Shown here in pieces: positions 30,189 through 39,948 of a stretch of DNA of 64,000 nucleotides. This DNA comes from an uncultured SAR86 cluster bacterium. Its GTDB lineage: Bacteria; Pseudomonadota; Gammaproteobacteria; Magnimaribacterales; AG-339-G14. Numbering within the stretch: the first letter of the stretch is position 1; every line of letters begins with the position of its first letter. The DNA lies in contig CACOQX010000001.1 in the NCBI GenBank assembly GCA_902629465.1, positions 17,632 to 81,631 of the forward strand. Direction: 5' to 3'. The notes below the pieces were generated by a model, which was given only the letters and a program-made list of their open reading frames with translations, was not told the DNA's origin and searched no databases. The translations under genes and the position numbers were made by a program.

Positions 30189-30920
30189 TCACTTTTGATA
30201 TCTTTTTTCTAACTCTTCATAAGCATCTTGTATTTCAATAAATTTTTCTTTAGCTTTTCCAATAAACTCCTCAGGAAGTCCCTTGCCGATGAGGGTATCT
30301 GGATGAAACTCTTTTCTTTTTTTTAAATAAGCTTTTTTTATTTCATTGAAAGAAGCATTTTCATCTACCCCAAGAGTTTTGAAATAATCATTTGATCTAT
30401 CAACAAATTTTTCGTAAAGAGACTCATAAACTTTTTCGTCAAATCTGAAAATTCTTGGAATTTTTTTTAAAAGGTCGTTTTCTTTGGGATGAAGGATGCC
30501 ATCAGCAAGAGCCAATTCAAAAAGCATTTCATAGAAAACTAATAATGAATTTGTACTTGAAGAAAGAATCTGATAAAGATTAGATGCATAAGCTTCAAAA
30601 CTTATATTATCGTCTTTTGCCTTTTGAAAAATGTTAATGGCAAAATTTCTATGTTCTCTGTTCAAGTTCAACTTAACTGAAATGATTTCTTCTATTTTTT
30701 TTATCTCAACTTCATCAACTCTTCCGTCAGCTTTTGCTATTTTTGCAAGACAAGCGAAAAGAGCTGCAAAAAAAGCTACTTGTTGATCAAAATTATTAGG
30801 TTTTCTTCTCTTAGATCTAGATGAAATATTCGAACCGATTACGCTTCCAATTAAAGCTCCAATTGGCCCCATTACAACAAATCCAAGAAGACCACCAGTA
30901 ATACCTCCCCAAATACTCAT
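30189..30920 (-). CDS. djlA: DnaJ-like membrane co-chaperone DjlA
   Basis: 243 aa: Gly-rich N-terminal TM segment, TerB-like middle region, and C-terminal J domain (DYFKTLGVDENASFNEIKKAYLKKRKEFHPD). Confidence 0.8.
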   Translation of the reverse strand: MSIWGGITGGLLGFVVMGPIGALIGSVIGSNISSRSKRRKPNNFDQQVAFFAALFACLAKIAKADGRVDEVEIKKIEEIISVKLNLNREHRNFAINIFQKAKDDNISFEAYASNLYQILSSSTNSLLVFYEMLFELALADGILHPKENDLLKKIPRIFRFDEKVYESLYEKFVDRSNDYFKTLGVDENASFNEIKKAYLKKRKEFHPDTLIGKGLPEEFIGKAKEKFIEIQDAYEELEKRYQK

Positions 30921-30985
30921 AATATAAATGTTTAAATTTCCTGTTTTTTTTGCTTCAATGTACTTTTAAAAGGGGAGATGAACAA

Positions 30986-31399
30986 GTGGCAGAAAAAAGT
31001 TTACCAGCAGTAAGCTATCTCAAAATTCCAGACGATGGGGACCCCTATCTGGAAGGTCATAAATGTGGAGGATGTGGAGCTGTTTTTCTTGGCGAAAGAT
31101 CAGTCTGTTCAAAATGTTTTGCTAGAGATAAAATTTCAACTGTAAAGCTCAAAGATACAGGAGTTCTTCATTCTTTTTCTGTCGTTTATAGGTCTTTTCC
31201 TGGAATCGATGTTCCTTATGTATCAGCAATAGTAGATTTAGATGGTGGAGGAACGGTTAAAGGAAATCTTATAAACATTGAACCTGACCCAGAAAAAATA
31301 AAATTCGGTATGAAGGTAAAACTGATTTATCAAGATGCCCTGGGAAGAAAAGACAAAGAAGGAAACTCTTACTTGAGTTATTTCTTTGAACCAGCATAA
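30986..31399 (+). CDS. DUF35 OB-fold / zinc-ribbon protein (thiolase partner)
   Basis: Start moved to GTG 30986, which follows GGGGAG. Zinc ribbon CGGCG...CSKC precedes an OB-fold region. It sits immediately upstream of the thiolase. Confidence 0.75.
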   Translation: MAEKSLPAVSYLKIPDDGDPYLEGHKCGGCGAVFLGERSVCSKCFARDKISTVKLKDTGVLHSFSVVYRSFPGIDVPYVSAIVDLDGGGTVKGNLINIEPDPEKIKFGMKVKLIYQDALGRKDKEGNSYLSYFFEPA

Positions 31400-31421
31400 A
31401 ATACATTTAAAAGGAGAAATT

Positions 31422-32561
31422 ATGAGTGATGTATACGTTTTGGGAGTTGACATGATCAAGTTTGGAAGATTTCCAGACAGAACTGTGCCAAATATTGGTG
31501 CTGAAGCAGCGTTAATGGCTCTTGACGACGCAGGTTTGACTATAAAAGACATGCAAGCCATGTATTGCGGAAACCTTGGTCAAGCTAATGCAATGGTCGG
31601 TCAAAGAATACTTCAAGAAATAGGTCAAACAGGTATTCCAGTGGTAAATTGCGCAAATGCGTGTGCGACGGGTGCTACTGCCTTTAGAGAAGCATGGATG
31701 TCAATTAAAGCAGATATGTATGACGTAGTTCTCGCTGTAGGAGTTGAGCAAATGGGTAAAGGCCTTCTTGGAGGAGCTGGTGGTGGAGATGGTATTCCAA
31801 AAGAAGGATTGCTAGGTTCAGGAACAATGCCTTGTGTTTTCGCAGAAGCAGGTATGGAACACTCAAAAGAACATGGAACTACTTTTGAGCAGTTTGCAAA
31901 AATTTCAGTAAAAAATCATCATCATTCAACAATGAATCCAAAAGCAATGTATCAAATTGAAACACCCCTTGATGTGGTTATGAATGCTGAAATGATTTCG
32001 TACCCCAATACAAAGCTTATGTGTTCTGTCAACGTAGATGGTTCTGCAGCAGCGGTCTTGGTTTCAGAAAAAAAAGCAAAAGAACTAGGTATGGGAAGAG
32101 CAGTTAAAGTAAGAGCATCCGCTATGGCAAGTGATCCCTATACTGATAGAGACCTTGTAATGCCAGATGTTAATGCTTGTACAAGATTAGCTGCCGAACA
32201 GGCATACGAAATGGCAGGAGTAGGTCCTGAAGATATTAACTTAGTTGAACTTCATGATTGTTTTGCAACTGCAGAAATGCTTCATTATGAAAACTTAGGT
32301 CTTTGTCAGGATGGTGAGGCAGGAAAAATGATAGATGAGGGACATGTAGAACTTGGAGGCAAAGTTCCAGTTAACGTTTCTGGTGGTCTTCTTTCTAAAG
32401 GGCATCCCTTAGGTGCAACAGGAATAGCAAATATTTATGAGGTTTGTACTCATCTGAGAGGTGAAGCTGGAGAAAGACAGGTTGAAGGTGCAACTCTAGG
32501 AATGACACATGTTATAGGTCTTGGAACAGCCTGTGGCATTCATATTCTAGAAAAAGTCTAA
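31422..32561 (+). CDS. SCP-x / nonspecific lipid-transfer-type thiolase
   Basis: Start moved to ATG 31422, which follows AAAGGAGA. Active-site region NCANACATGATAF plus C-terminal HDCFA and GGLLSKGHPLGATG. Confidence 0.85.
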   Translation: MSDVYVLGVDMIKFGRFPDRTVPNIGAEAALMALDDAGLTIKDMQAMYCGNLGQANAMVGQRILQEIGQTGIPVVNCANACATGATAFREAWMSIKADMYDVVLAVGVEQMGKGLLGGAGGGDGIPKEGLLGSGTMPCVFAEAGMEHSKEHGTTFEQFAKISVKNHHHSTMNPKAMYQIETPLDVVMNAEMISYPNTKLMCSVNVDGSAAAVLVSEKKAKELGMGRAVKVRASAMASDPYTDRDLVMPDVNACTRLAAEQAYEMAGVGPEDINLVELHDCFATAEMLHYENLGLCQDGEAGKMIDEGHVELGGKVPVNVSGGLLSKGHPLGATGIANIYEVCTHLRGEAGERQVEGATLGMTHVIGLGTACGIHILEKV

Positions 32562-32564
32562 TTT

Positions 32565-33053
32565 GTGAAAATTGGCGTTACCGGAGATACGCATAATAAT
32601 CTCAAAAACATAAAAAAAATCTGCTCCATTTTTAATCAAAACGGAGCAGAACTAGTATTACATACTGGTGATGTTACTCTACCAAAATCACTCAGTGCCT
32701 TTAAGGATTTGAAATGTCCTTTAATCGTAATCCTAGGGAATAATGATGTTGACGAAAGAGAGGGTTTAGAAGCTGTATCATCAGATTTTAAATGCAGTAT
32801 TTTTGATGAGCCCTTTTCAACCGAGTTAGATCAGATAAAAATTTCAGTGGTTCACCATCCGGATTTGATTGACATTAAAATGCTTGAAAATAATGACTTG
32901 ATCTTACATGGTCATACTCACAGATATAGACTGGAAGAAAAAGAAGGATGTTTAATTTTTAATCCAGGAGAGTGTGCAGGATTCCTAAAAAACAAAAATA
33001 ATATTGGCATAATTGATCTTCAAGAATTAATTCCCAAAATTATTAGTTTTTAG
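32565..33053 (+). CDS. YfcE/MJ0936-family metallophosphoesterase
   Basis: 162 aa with GDTHNN, HTGDV, GNND and HGHTH motifs. Confidence 0.8.
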   Translation: MKIGVTGDTHNNLKNIKKICSIFNQNGAELVLHTGDVTLPKSLSAFKDLKCPLIVILGNNDVDEREGLEAVSSDFKCSIFDEPFSTELDQIKISVVHHPDLIDIKMLENNDLILHGHTHRYRLEEKEGCLIFNPGECAGFLKNKNNIGIIDLQELIPKIISF

Positions 33054-33342
33054 CCTTAAATCTATTGATGCTCAGAGTTACTAGAAAACTGATTACGAAA
33101 GTAGCAATAAATGGTCTTATGAGCCTGAATATTCCATTTTCAGGTAAAACAAAAAGCTCAAGAAAAAATATAGATAAAATTGGTGCCAAATTATTTGAAC
33201 CAGGATAAGTAAACCAAAAACTACACAACATAGAGAAAGAAAAACTAAAAATAAATATCTTAAAAAGCTGTCTTTTTGCAAATAAAGACACAAGATATGA
33301 AATTAGAATCGAGAGGAGAACGTAAAAAATAAAAAAAATCAT
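33043..33342 (-). CDS. small hydrophobic membrane protein
   Basis: 99 aa, almost entirely hydrophobic. Its start shares nt 33342 with the rnd stop. No family recognised. Confidence 0.45.
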   Translation of the reverse strand: MIFFIFYVLLSILISYLVSLFAKRQLFKIFIFSFSFSMLCSFWFTYPGSNNLAPILSIFFLELFVLPENGIFRLIRPFIATFVISFLVTLSINRFKAKN

Positions 33343-34202
33343 TAAAAAAACTCTTTCATAAAACTTTCTACAAAATCAGAGTCTCCGATTATTTTCATAA
33401 GCTTTCTTTTATAATCTTTTTCTTCTTTTACAATTTTGCTTAGCTCTGAAATAAACTTATCTTTGCAGATAAAGCTTATAGGTAAATTTGCTTCCATCGC
33501 AATTTTTTCTCTCCATAAAAATATTTTTTTTTCTTTAGGCGAAAACTTAGAATTTATTTTTGAAAATCTTGAACTGCTTAAATCTTGACTGCCAAGTTTG
33601 ATTTCATGTTGAGATTCTTTAAAAGTTTCTGGTAGCTTGTCTACATTATTTAATACTTTTTTTTGAAAAAAATGAATGTCTAGCAAATAATCCACATCAG
33701 CTGCAGCATAAGTAATTTGCTTGTCGGTTAAAGGTCGTCTTAACCAATTTGAATTTGTTTCTGATTTATTTAATTGAATCGAGAAATATTTAAATACTAT
33801 TTCTGCATAATTTTTAATTTTTCCTGCATCAAGTATTTTTTCTGCAACTTGTATATCGAAAACGTTTTTAATTTTAATATTTAAACAATTGAATATTACC
33901 GTTGCATCACTTCTACATGAATGAAAAATTTTTAAGTAGGTAGGATCCTCTAAATATTTTTTTAATAGGTTCCTTGCGTCAAAAGACAGACAGTCTATTA
34001 TGAATATCTTTTTTTTTGTCCCAATTTGAATTAAAGATAAATTAGGAAAATAAGTTCTTCGCCAGTCAAATTCTGTATCTACAGAAAGAATTTTTTCTTT
34101 ATCTATTGTTTTTTTTAGCTGAGAATAATCGCTATCCTTTTTTAAAAAAAAAATTTGTTTTTTTTTCTTAAAATAACTTCTAATTTTATGTTTAAAAATC
34201 AT
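33342..34202 (-). CDS. rnd: ribonuclease D-like 3'-5' exonuclease (short form)
   Basis: 286 aa with DEDDy motifs VDTEFDW, HSCRSD and YAAADVDYL. ATGA overlap with galU. Confidence 0.8.
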   Translation of the reverse strand: MIFKHKIRSYFKKKKQIFFLKKDSDYSQLKKTIDKEKILSVDTEFDWRRTYFPNLSLIQIGTKKKIFIIDCLSFDARNLLKKYLEDPTYLKIFHSCRSDATVIFNCLNIKIKNVFDIQVAEKILDAGKIKNYAEIVFKYFSIQLNKSETNSNWLRRPLTDKQITYAAADVDYLLDIHFFQKKVLNNVDKLPETFKESQHEIKLGSQDLSSSRFSKINSKFSPKEKKIFLWREKIAMEANLPISFICKDKFISELSKIVKEEKDYKRKLMKIIGDSDFVESFMKEFF

Positions 34203-35089
34203 AAATCTTTTAAAAATTTTAGGATGTCTTTTTTGATTTCTTTATTAGAAAAAGATAAAGCCAAATTAGCTTTCAAGTAATCAGTCCATTCCCCACAATC
34301 ATAATATTCATCTTCATAGATATATCCGACAACTTTATTCTCGGACAATATGTATTCATGAATAGCATCTGTAAGTTGTATTTCTTGATTTGTATCTGGA
34401 TTTATTGATTCAAGATATTTAAAAAAATTATTTTTAAAAATATATCTACCTACTGCAAATAAATTAGAGGGGGCTTTTTTTAAAGATGGCTTTTCAAAAA
34501 TTTTTTCAATATCGCCATATTTTATGCCTTCAGATTTTATGATTTTTTTTAATTTTGCTACCCCATATGAAGTGATTTTATTTTTTGGAGCACGGGCTAA
34601 AAGAATTGAGGAGTGATTATTAACTTCAAAATTATTTTTCATTTTCTTAAAGAATATTCTTTTTTTATTTTCTAATGAGTCAGATAAGATCATATCGGGC
34701 AGGACTACTCCGAAAGGCTCATTGCCTATTAATTTTTTAGCAATTAAAACCGCATGTCCTAGTCCTAAGGCTTCCCCCTGACGTATGCTTGAAATATTCA
34801 AATCCAACTTTGAGATTGCTTTTATTTCTCTAAGCTTTGACCTTTTCACTCTCTTCTCTAAAGTTGCTTCTAACTCAAAACTTTTATCAAAATGATTTTC
34901 TATCGAATATTTGCTGGAATGAGTAACAAATATTACCTCTTTAAATCCCGAGAGTGCTATCTCCTCGACAATATACTGAATAATAGGTTTGGAGAAAATA
35001 GGAAGCATTTCTTTGGGAATTGCTTTTGTTGCAGGAAGAAGTCTAGTTCCTAACCCGGCAACCGGAATAATTACTTTGTTAACTCTCAT
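34199..35089 (-). CDS. galU: UTP--glucose-1-phosphate uridylyltransferase
   Basis: 296 aa, IIPVAGLGTRLLPATKAIPKEMLPI. Confidence 0.9.
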   Translation of the reverse strand: MRVNKVIIPVAGLGTRLLPATKAIPKEMLPIFSKPIIQYIVEEIALSGFKEVIFVTHSSKYSIENHFDKSFELEATLEKRVKRSKLREIKAISKLDLNISSIRQGEALGLGHAVLIAKKLIGNEPFGVVLPDMILSDSLENKKRIFFKKMKNNFEVNNHSSILLARAPKNKITSYGVAKLKKIIKSEGIKYGDIEKIFEKPSLKKAPSNLFAVGRYIFKNNFFKYLESINPDTNQEIQLTDAIHEYILSENKVVGYIYEDEYYDCGEWTDYLKANLALSFSNKEIKKDILKFLKDL

Positions 35090-35872
35090 TTATTTAGATT
35101 CATTTTTTTCATAATAATAAAGTCTTTCAATATCTTCCTCTGTAGTTGCATCTCCGTACTGAATTTCAATAATTACACAATCTTTATTTGTATCGTTGAT
35201 TATTTGATGCCACTCTCCCTTTTTTACAAAAAAAGTATCGTGTTTTCTTAATTTATGCTCTTCTACCTTTTTAGGATCTTGTTTTGAATACCTAACCTTG
35301 CAACTGCCTTCCTTGATAAACCATATTTCATTCCTTTTAAAATGTCTCTGGAAGCTCATTCCCTTCCCTTTCAAAACGTTTAGTTCCTTTACCTTGGTAT
35401 TATTATTTGCATAAATGTCAAAAAAACTCCCCCAAATTCTTTTTTCTTCCTGATGATTCCATTTTTTTAAAATTGTACTGCTTGAATTAAGTTTATTATT
35501 ACCTCCAACTCCAAACTGAAATTTAATGTTGGTAAGACTCATCTCTGGAATATTTTTTTTTGTTCTATCTCCTCCATTGCAGAATATTATCTGTTGATTC
35601 GGATAACTTGAAGAAATTGACTTCAAGGCATTTATTACACTTCCTGAGTCATCATCTTTAAAAGATATTACTTCATCTACGTTTTTTAGATTTTCCAGAA
35701 TTTCTTTTCTTTCTTCAAAAGGTAAAAAGAATTTACCTTTCTTCTTAATTAACCATGCGTCACTGTTAAGAGCAACAATTAGCTTATCGCCGTAATTTGC
35801 AGCGCTATTTATATAAGAAATATGTCCGGAATGAACTGGATCAAACCCTCCGCTTACTACAGAAATTTTCAT
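35090..35872 (-). CDS. fusion: HldC/RfaE-domain-II-like nucleotidyltransferase + type-II phosphomannose-isomerase-like cupin
   Basis: The N-terminus (SGGFDPVHSGH, LIVALNSDAWL) resembles heptose-1-P adenylyltransferase. The C-terminus (RIWGSF...KGKGMSFQRHFKRNEIWFIKEG) resembles the ManC C-terminal cupin. Confidence 0.7.
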   Translation of the reverse strand: MKISVVSGGFDPVHSGHISYINSAANYGDKLIVALNSDAWLIKKKGKFFLPFEERKEILENLKNVDEVISFKDDDSGSVINALKSISSSYPNQQIIFCNGGDRTKKNIPEMSLTNIKFQFGVGGNNKLNSSSTILKKWNHQEEKRIWGSFFDIYANNNTKVKELNVLKGKGMSFQRHFKRNEIWFIKEGSCKVRYSKQDPKKVEEHKLRKHDTFFVKKGEWHQIINDTNKDCVIIEIQYGDATTEEDIERLYYYEKNESK

Positions 35873-35896
35873 GACTAAAATAGAGTTTTAGATAAG

Positions 35897-37090
35897 TTAC
35901 ATTTTATCATCTAAATATCTACTTTTTTCTTCATGCTGGAAGTCAGGAAGGATATCAAAAAAAAGTTTTAATATGTCTCGTTTAGTCCACGTTCCTTTTT
36001 CAGATAGTTTTTCTAATGAATTTAAAAAATAAGTCATTGACTCCTTATTTGAAGCCGTCTTATTTTTTATAACCCCAATAGATTTATATGTTTCCAAATC
36101 AAGAATCTCTGATGAATCATAAAATTCTTCAATAAATTTCTCTCCAGTTGTATCACTTTGTTCAAAATAACATGGCCACTTACCCTTTGAAATAAGATCT
36201 TCCGCATTTCTTCTTGCCTCTTCTTCCGTGCTGCATTCATATGGTTCATAGCCTAAAAGAGAAATGTATTTTTTTGCAATGGTTGTAAAATCATATAAAT
36301 CAGATTCTTTAGACATTTTGGGAAAGAAAATATCTCTATTTTCTCCCATGAGTCCTGATAAGACACATAGCTCTCCGGATTCCTCTTTTGTCAGTAAGTA
36401 TCTCTTTATATTTGTTGGTGCAGTTATAGGTTGTTTTTTTTTGTATCGTTGATTAAACCCAAAAAGAAGAGAGCCATCAGAAAAAGCAACATTTGCGAAC
36501 CTTGCAGAGGAAACATTATGAGAGATGCCTTTATCAAATAACATTCTTTCCATTATGATTTTTGTTGCTCCCATGAGATTCTCAGGATTGGTTGCCTTGT
36601 CAGTAGATACAGAAAAATAATTTTTCAAATTTTTATCTTTGATCATCTTAAGAAGTTTAGATAAAAAGGTTATGTTTACCTTAATCATCCTCATTAAGGA
36701 ATAAGGATCCTTTTCACTTCTTACATGCTTTAAGGCAGAAAAATTAAATATGTAATCATATGGTTCAGTTTCATTAAAAAATACTTCAAACTCTCTTGAG
36801 CCGTAGTCAATGCAAAAAGTTTTAAACTCTCCTGTTATGTAACCTTTGCTACTTCTTAAATCTCTCACGAGTTCAACTAAATTATTTTCGCTGATATCGA
36901 CAACATTAAGAACTTTTGGGTTTCTAAAAAAAATTTTCTTTGTTACGGCTTGTCCGATTGTTCCAGCGGCTCCGATAATTAAAAAACTTGAATTCTCTAT
37001 CTCTTCAGACAAGAGATCTTCATTTTTTTTAAAATCTTCTTTAAATATTGAACGATTTCTGTTTAACAAATCATATGGGTTGATATTCAA
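35897..37090 (-). CDS. soluble WbpM/PglF/CapD-family NDP-HexNAc 4,6-dehydratase
   Basis: 397 aa with Rossmann IIGAAGTIGQA and STDKATNPENLMGATK, i.e. Met in place of the SDR Tyr, as in WbpM/PglF (from memory). Confidence 0.75.
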   Translation of the reverse strand: MNINPYDLLNRNRSIFKEDFKKNEDLLSEEIENSSFLIIGAAGTIGQAVTKKIFFRNPKVLNVVDISENNLVELVRDLRSSKGYITGEFKTFCIDYGSREFEVFFNETEPYDYIFNFSALKHVRSEKDPYSLMRMIKVNITFLSKLLKMIKDKNLKNYFSVSTDKATNPENLMGATKIIMERMLFDKGISHNVSSARFANVAFSDGSLLFGFNQRYKKKQPITAPTNIKRYLLTKEESGELCVLSGLMGENRDIFFPKMSKESDLYDFTTIAKKYISLLGYEPYECSTEEEARRNAEDLISKGKWPCYFEQSDTTGEKFIEEFYDSSEILDLETYKSIGVIKNKTASNKESMTYFLNSLEKLSEKGTWTKRDILKLFFDILPDFQHEEKSRYLDDKM

Positions 37091-37092
37091 TG

Positions 37093-38280
37093 TTAATCTC
37101 TCGTTCCTTTAAAAACATTTGTTTTTGAATTTTTATTATCCTTGTCAATTAACTTCTTATAAACATTCAAGTAACTTGAACCCATTTTGTCAGCTGTAAA
37201 TAGGTCGTCAAATCTCTTCCTAGCATTATTTCCAAATTTTGTGGCAAGTTCTTCATTTAAATAAATTTTTTTCATTGCATTTGCAAGTAAGGTAGGATCC
37301 TCAGGATTTACCACTATTCCAGAATAATTATCTAGATTTGCAAATGAAGTCCCAGTTTCTATTTCGCATGAAACTAAAGGCTTACCATAAATAGCTGCTT
37401 CCAAAAGAACTATTCCAAAAGCCTCTGATCTTAAGTGAGATGGCAGAACAAGGCCTTTTGAGTTTTTTATAAGGCAGATTTTTTCGGTATTCGATACTTC
37501 ACCAATCATCGAGATATTTTTATACTTTTTAGATTCCTCAATATAAAATTTTCCCGTATCTAAATCCCCTGGTTGAGTGGCACCAGCAATAGCAATTTTG
37601 AAATCAACTAAATTAGATGCAGGAAATAAAAAGTCTAAACCTTTATATTTTCTGAGGACGCCAATAAAGAGAAAATATTTATTTTTTTTTAATTTAAATT
37701 TATTTAGAATTTTTTTATCATCAATTTCATTTTCATGTTTCTGATATTCTTTTTTATCTAATCCTAAACTAATGTATTTTAACTTTTTTTTATTTTTTAT
37801 ATTTTTTAATACTTTACTAGAATCTAAATATCTTGGAGATGTTGCAACAATTATATCCATTCTATTCAACATAAATTTCATTAATGGGTTATAAAGTTTG
37901 CTTAAAATTCCCTTTCCGACAACATCAGAATGATAAGTCATAACAGATTTTTTCCTGATGAAAGAAAAAAGATAAAGCAGATCTGCAAAAGGCCAAGGAA
38001 AATGAAAATGGAGAATATCTGCCCATTTCACTAATGCTCTAAATTCTAAAAAAGAATCTATAAGTCCCATATCATTGTGGCCCGGTGAAAACCAAGATTT
38101 AGACCTAATAATCTCTCCCTCTTCTGTTTTAATTTTTTTTGGCGAAGGATTTTTTGATAAACAAAATATTTTTGATTCTACTCCGTGTTTTGAAGTATGG
38201 AGAGAAATCTGTCTAATGGCTTCTTGAAGGCCCCCCGGGGTATCTGGAAAATAGGCTTTATAAATTTGAAGAACTTTCAT
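37093..38280 (-). CDS. GT4-family (group 1) glycosyltransferase
   Basis: Start taken at MKVLQIY. Has the EX7E region SEAFGIVLLEAAIYGKPLV. Confidence 0.8.
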   Translation of the reverse strand: MKVLQIYKAYFPDTPGGLQEAIRQISLHTSKHGVESKIFCLSKNPSPKKIKTEEGEIIRSKSWFSPGHNDMGLIDSFLEFRALVKWADILHFHFPWPFADLLYLFSFIRKKSVMTYHSDVVGKGILSKLYNPLMKFMLNRMDIIVATSPRYLDSSKVLKNIKNKKKLKYISLGLDKKEYQKHENEIDDKKILNKFKLKKNKYFLFIGVLRKYKGLDFLFPASNLVDFKIAIAGATQPGDLDTGKFYIEESKKYKNISMIGEVSNTEKICLIKNSKGLVLPSHLRSEAFGIVLLEAAIYGKPLVSCEIETGTSFANLDNYSGIVVNPEDPTLLANAMKKIYLNEELATKFGNNARKRFDDLFTADKMGSSYLNVYKKLIDKDNKNSKTNVFKGTRD

Positions 38281-39022
38281 TTTTCTCAAAAAAAACCATT
38301 GCGGTAGATGGAAATATAAACTGCAGAAAAGGAAAGAGACTCATTATTAAATAGTAAAGAGTTTCTATGAATCCTAATCTTGAATGGAAATAAGGTGTAT
38401 ATATTATTTTAAAATCAAGTTTTTCTTGAGTTGCCATTTTTTTTAAATCGCTCGGTATCAATAAATCTTCTCTAATTTCTGGTCTCTTTTTGTTGACTCT
38501 CCAAAAAGCAAGAGGGTACCAAAATTTCTGCGTAACTGGCTCAAATATATACACAGCACTTCCTCCTTTTTTTAAAATTCTAGAAAGTTCTTTAATAGTT
38601 TCTTTGTGAGTAATGAAGTGATGTGCAGATGCAAAAGTAAAAATGAAATCTGTTGAATTATCATTTTCTTTTGTTTTTTCACTTAAACAACTATATTTGT
38701 GGTCAACTTTAACATCAAACAGCTTTTCCCAATCTGTAACTGACTCCAAAGCAAAAGAAGATATATCTGTTGTAGTGATATGAAGATTTGGATATTTTTT
38801 TTTTAAAATGCAGGAAGCCCAACCTTGGCCTCCCCCAAGTTCTAAAACTCTTTTTTTATTTGTAAAATTTATATTTAAAATATCCAATGAGTCTAAGAGT
38901 ATCTTACCCATGGAAATTTTTTCCAAGACCATTCTAAGAGAATTTGCACCAGGCTTTTCTTCTTCTGAAAATTTCCAGAAAAGAATTTCTTTTTCCCTTA
39001 TTTTTTTTAATTTATCTTTCAA
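38258..39022 (-). CDS. class I SAM-dependent methyltransferase
   Basis: 254 aa with motif I VLELGGGQGW. Confidence 0.75.
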   Translation of the reverse strand: MKDKLKKIREKEILFWKFSEEEKPGANSLRMVLEKISMGKILLDSLDILNINFTNKKRVLELGGGQGWASCILKKKYPNLHITTTDISSFALESVTDWEKLFDVKVDHKYSCLSEKTKENDNSTDFIFTFASAHHFITHKETIKELSRILKKGGSAVYIFEPVTQKFWYPLAFWRVNKKRPEIREDLLIPSDLKKMATQEKLDFKIIYTPYFHSRLGFIETLYYLIMSLFPFLQFIFPSTAMVFFEKNESSSNL

Positions 39023-39927
39023 ACTAAATTTTCTATCATATTCAACATGATGAATGCGTCATCTTCAAAAGAGTCCTTTCTATTTTCATTTTGATTTTTG
39101 CAGTAGGATAAAAATTCTTCAATCATTATTTCAAAAGGGTCTTTTATAACGATCCTTTTCTCATGAATATTACTTTTTAAAAAGAAATTTAGGCATTTCG
39201 AAGAATCAATAAAGAGGATTCTCTCATAAAAATCTTCATTAATCTTAAAAGAAAAAATTTTTTTTTGATTTTTTTTGTTACTAAAAAAAAACTTAACTTT
39301 CACATCGTTATAAAAAAAAGACGCTGAAAATTCGGTTTTTGTTATTTTTTTTTCAAATAATGAAATTTCTCCTCGGCCGACTAATTCTAATAACATAGCA
39401 AGGCCATGAGGCATTAAATCCACACCAATATTTGAATAAGTATTTGTACCATTAGTATGAAAGTTGAATTCAAAAGTTTTTATAGATTTATATCTCTTAA
39501 TTTGAGAAATATAAAATTTACTTGAGGTATTAACAAATAAAGATCTATTTTTGTGTTCTCTAAGAAATTCCAAACTTTCTAAAAAGTCTTTTTTACTTAG
39601 ATTTGAGTTCCAAAATAGAGGCTTTTCACAAAGAATATTTATTTTATGATTAAGCAGCTTCTTTAAATAAAAAAAATGCATTTCGTTTGGTACGCATAAA
39701 CTTACCGTATTTACTGAAGACGATTCAAGTAAATCATCAATACTATAATATGGCTTGGCATCCATCTTATAAATCTGGTTGAGATTGTTTGTAGTTGAGA
39801 GAGAAGATTTTTCTGAGCTTCCTAAAATAGAAGAAATAAATATTTTATTTTTTTTTAGTATCCGCGCATGGACTGAACCAATACCACTTGCACCAATCAA
39901 AGCATAGTTTATTTGAGCTTTTTCCAT
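39019..39927 (-). CDS. Gfo/Idh/MocA-family oxidoreductase
   Basis: 302 aa with N-terminal ALIGASGIG and the EKP motif (ILCEKPL). Confidence 0.75.
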   Translation of the reverse strand: MEKAQINYALIGASGIGSVHARILKKNKIFISSILGSSEKSSLSTTNNLNQIYKMDAKPYYSIDDLLESSSVNTVSLCVPNEMHFFYLKKLLNHKINILCEKPLFWNSNLSKKDFLESLEFLREHKNRSLFVNTSSKFYISQIKRYKSIKTFEFNFHTNGTNTYSNIGVDLMPHGLAMLLELVGRGEISLFEKKITKTEFSASFFYNDVKVKFFFSNKKNQKKIFSFKINEDFYERILFIDSSKCLNFFLKSNIHEKRIVIKDPFEIMIEEFLSYCKNQNENRKDSFEDDAFIMLNMIENLV

Positions 39928-39948
39928 ATAGATATTAATTTATTTATT

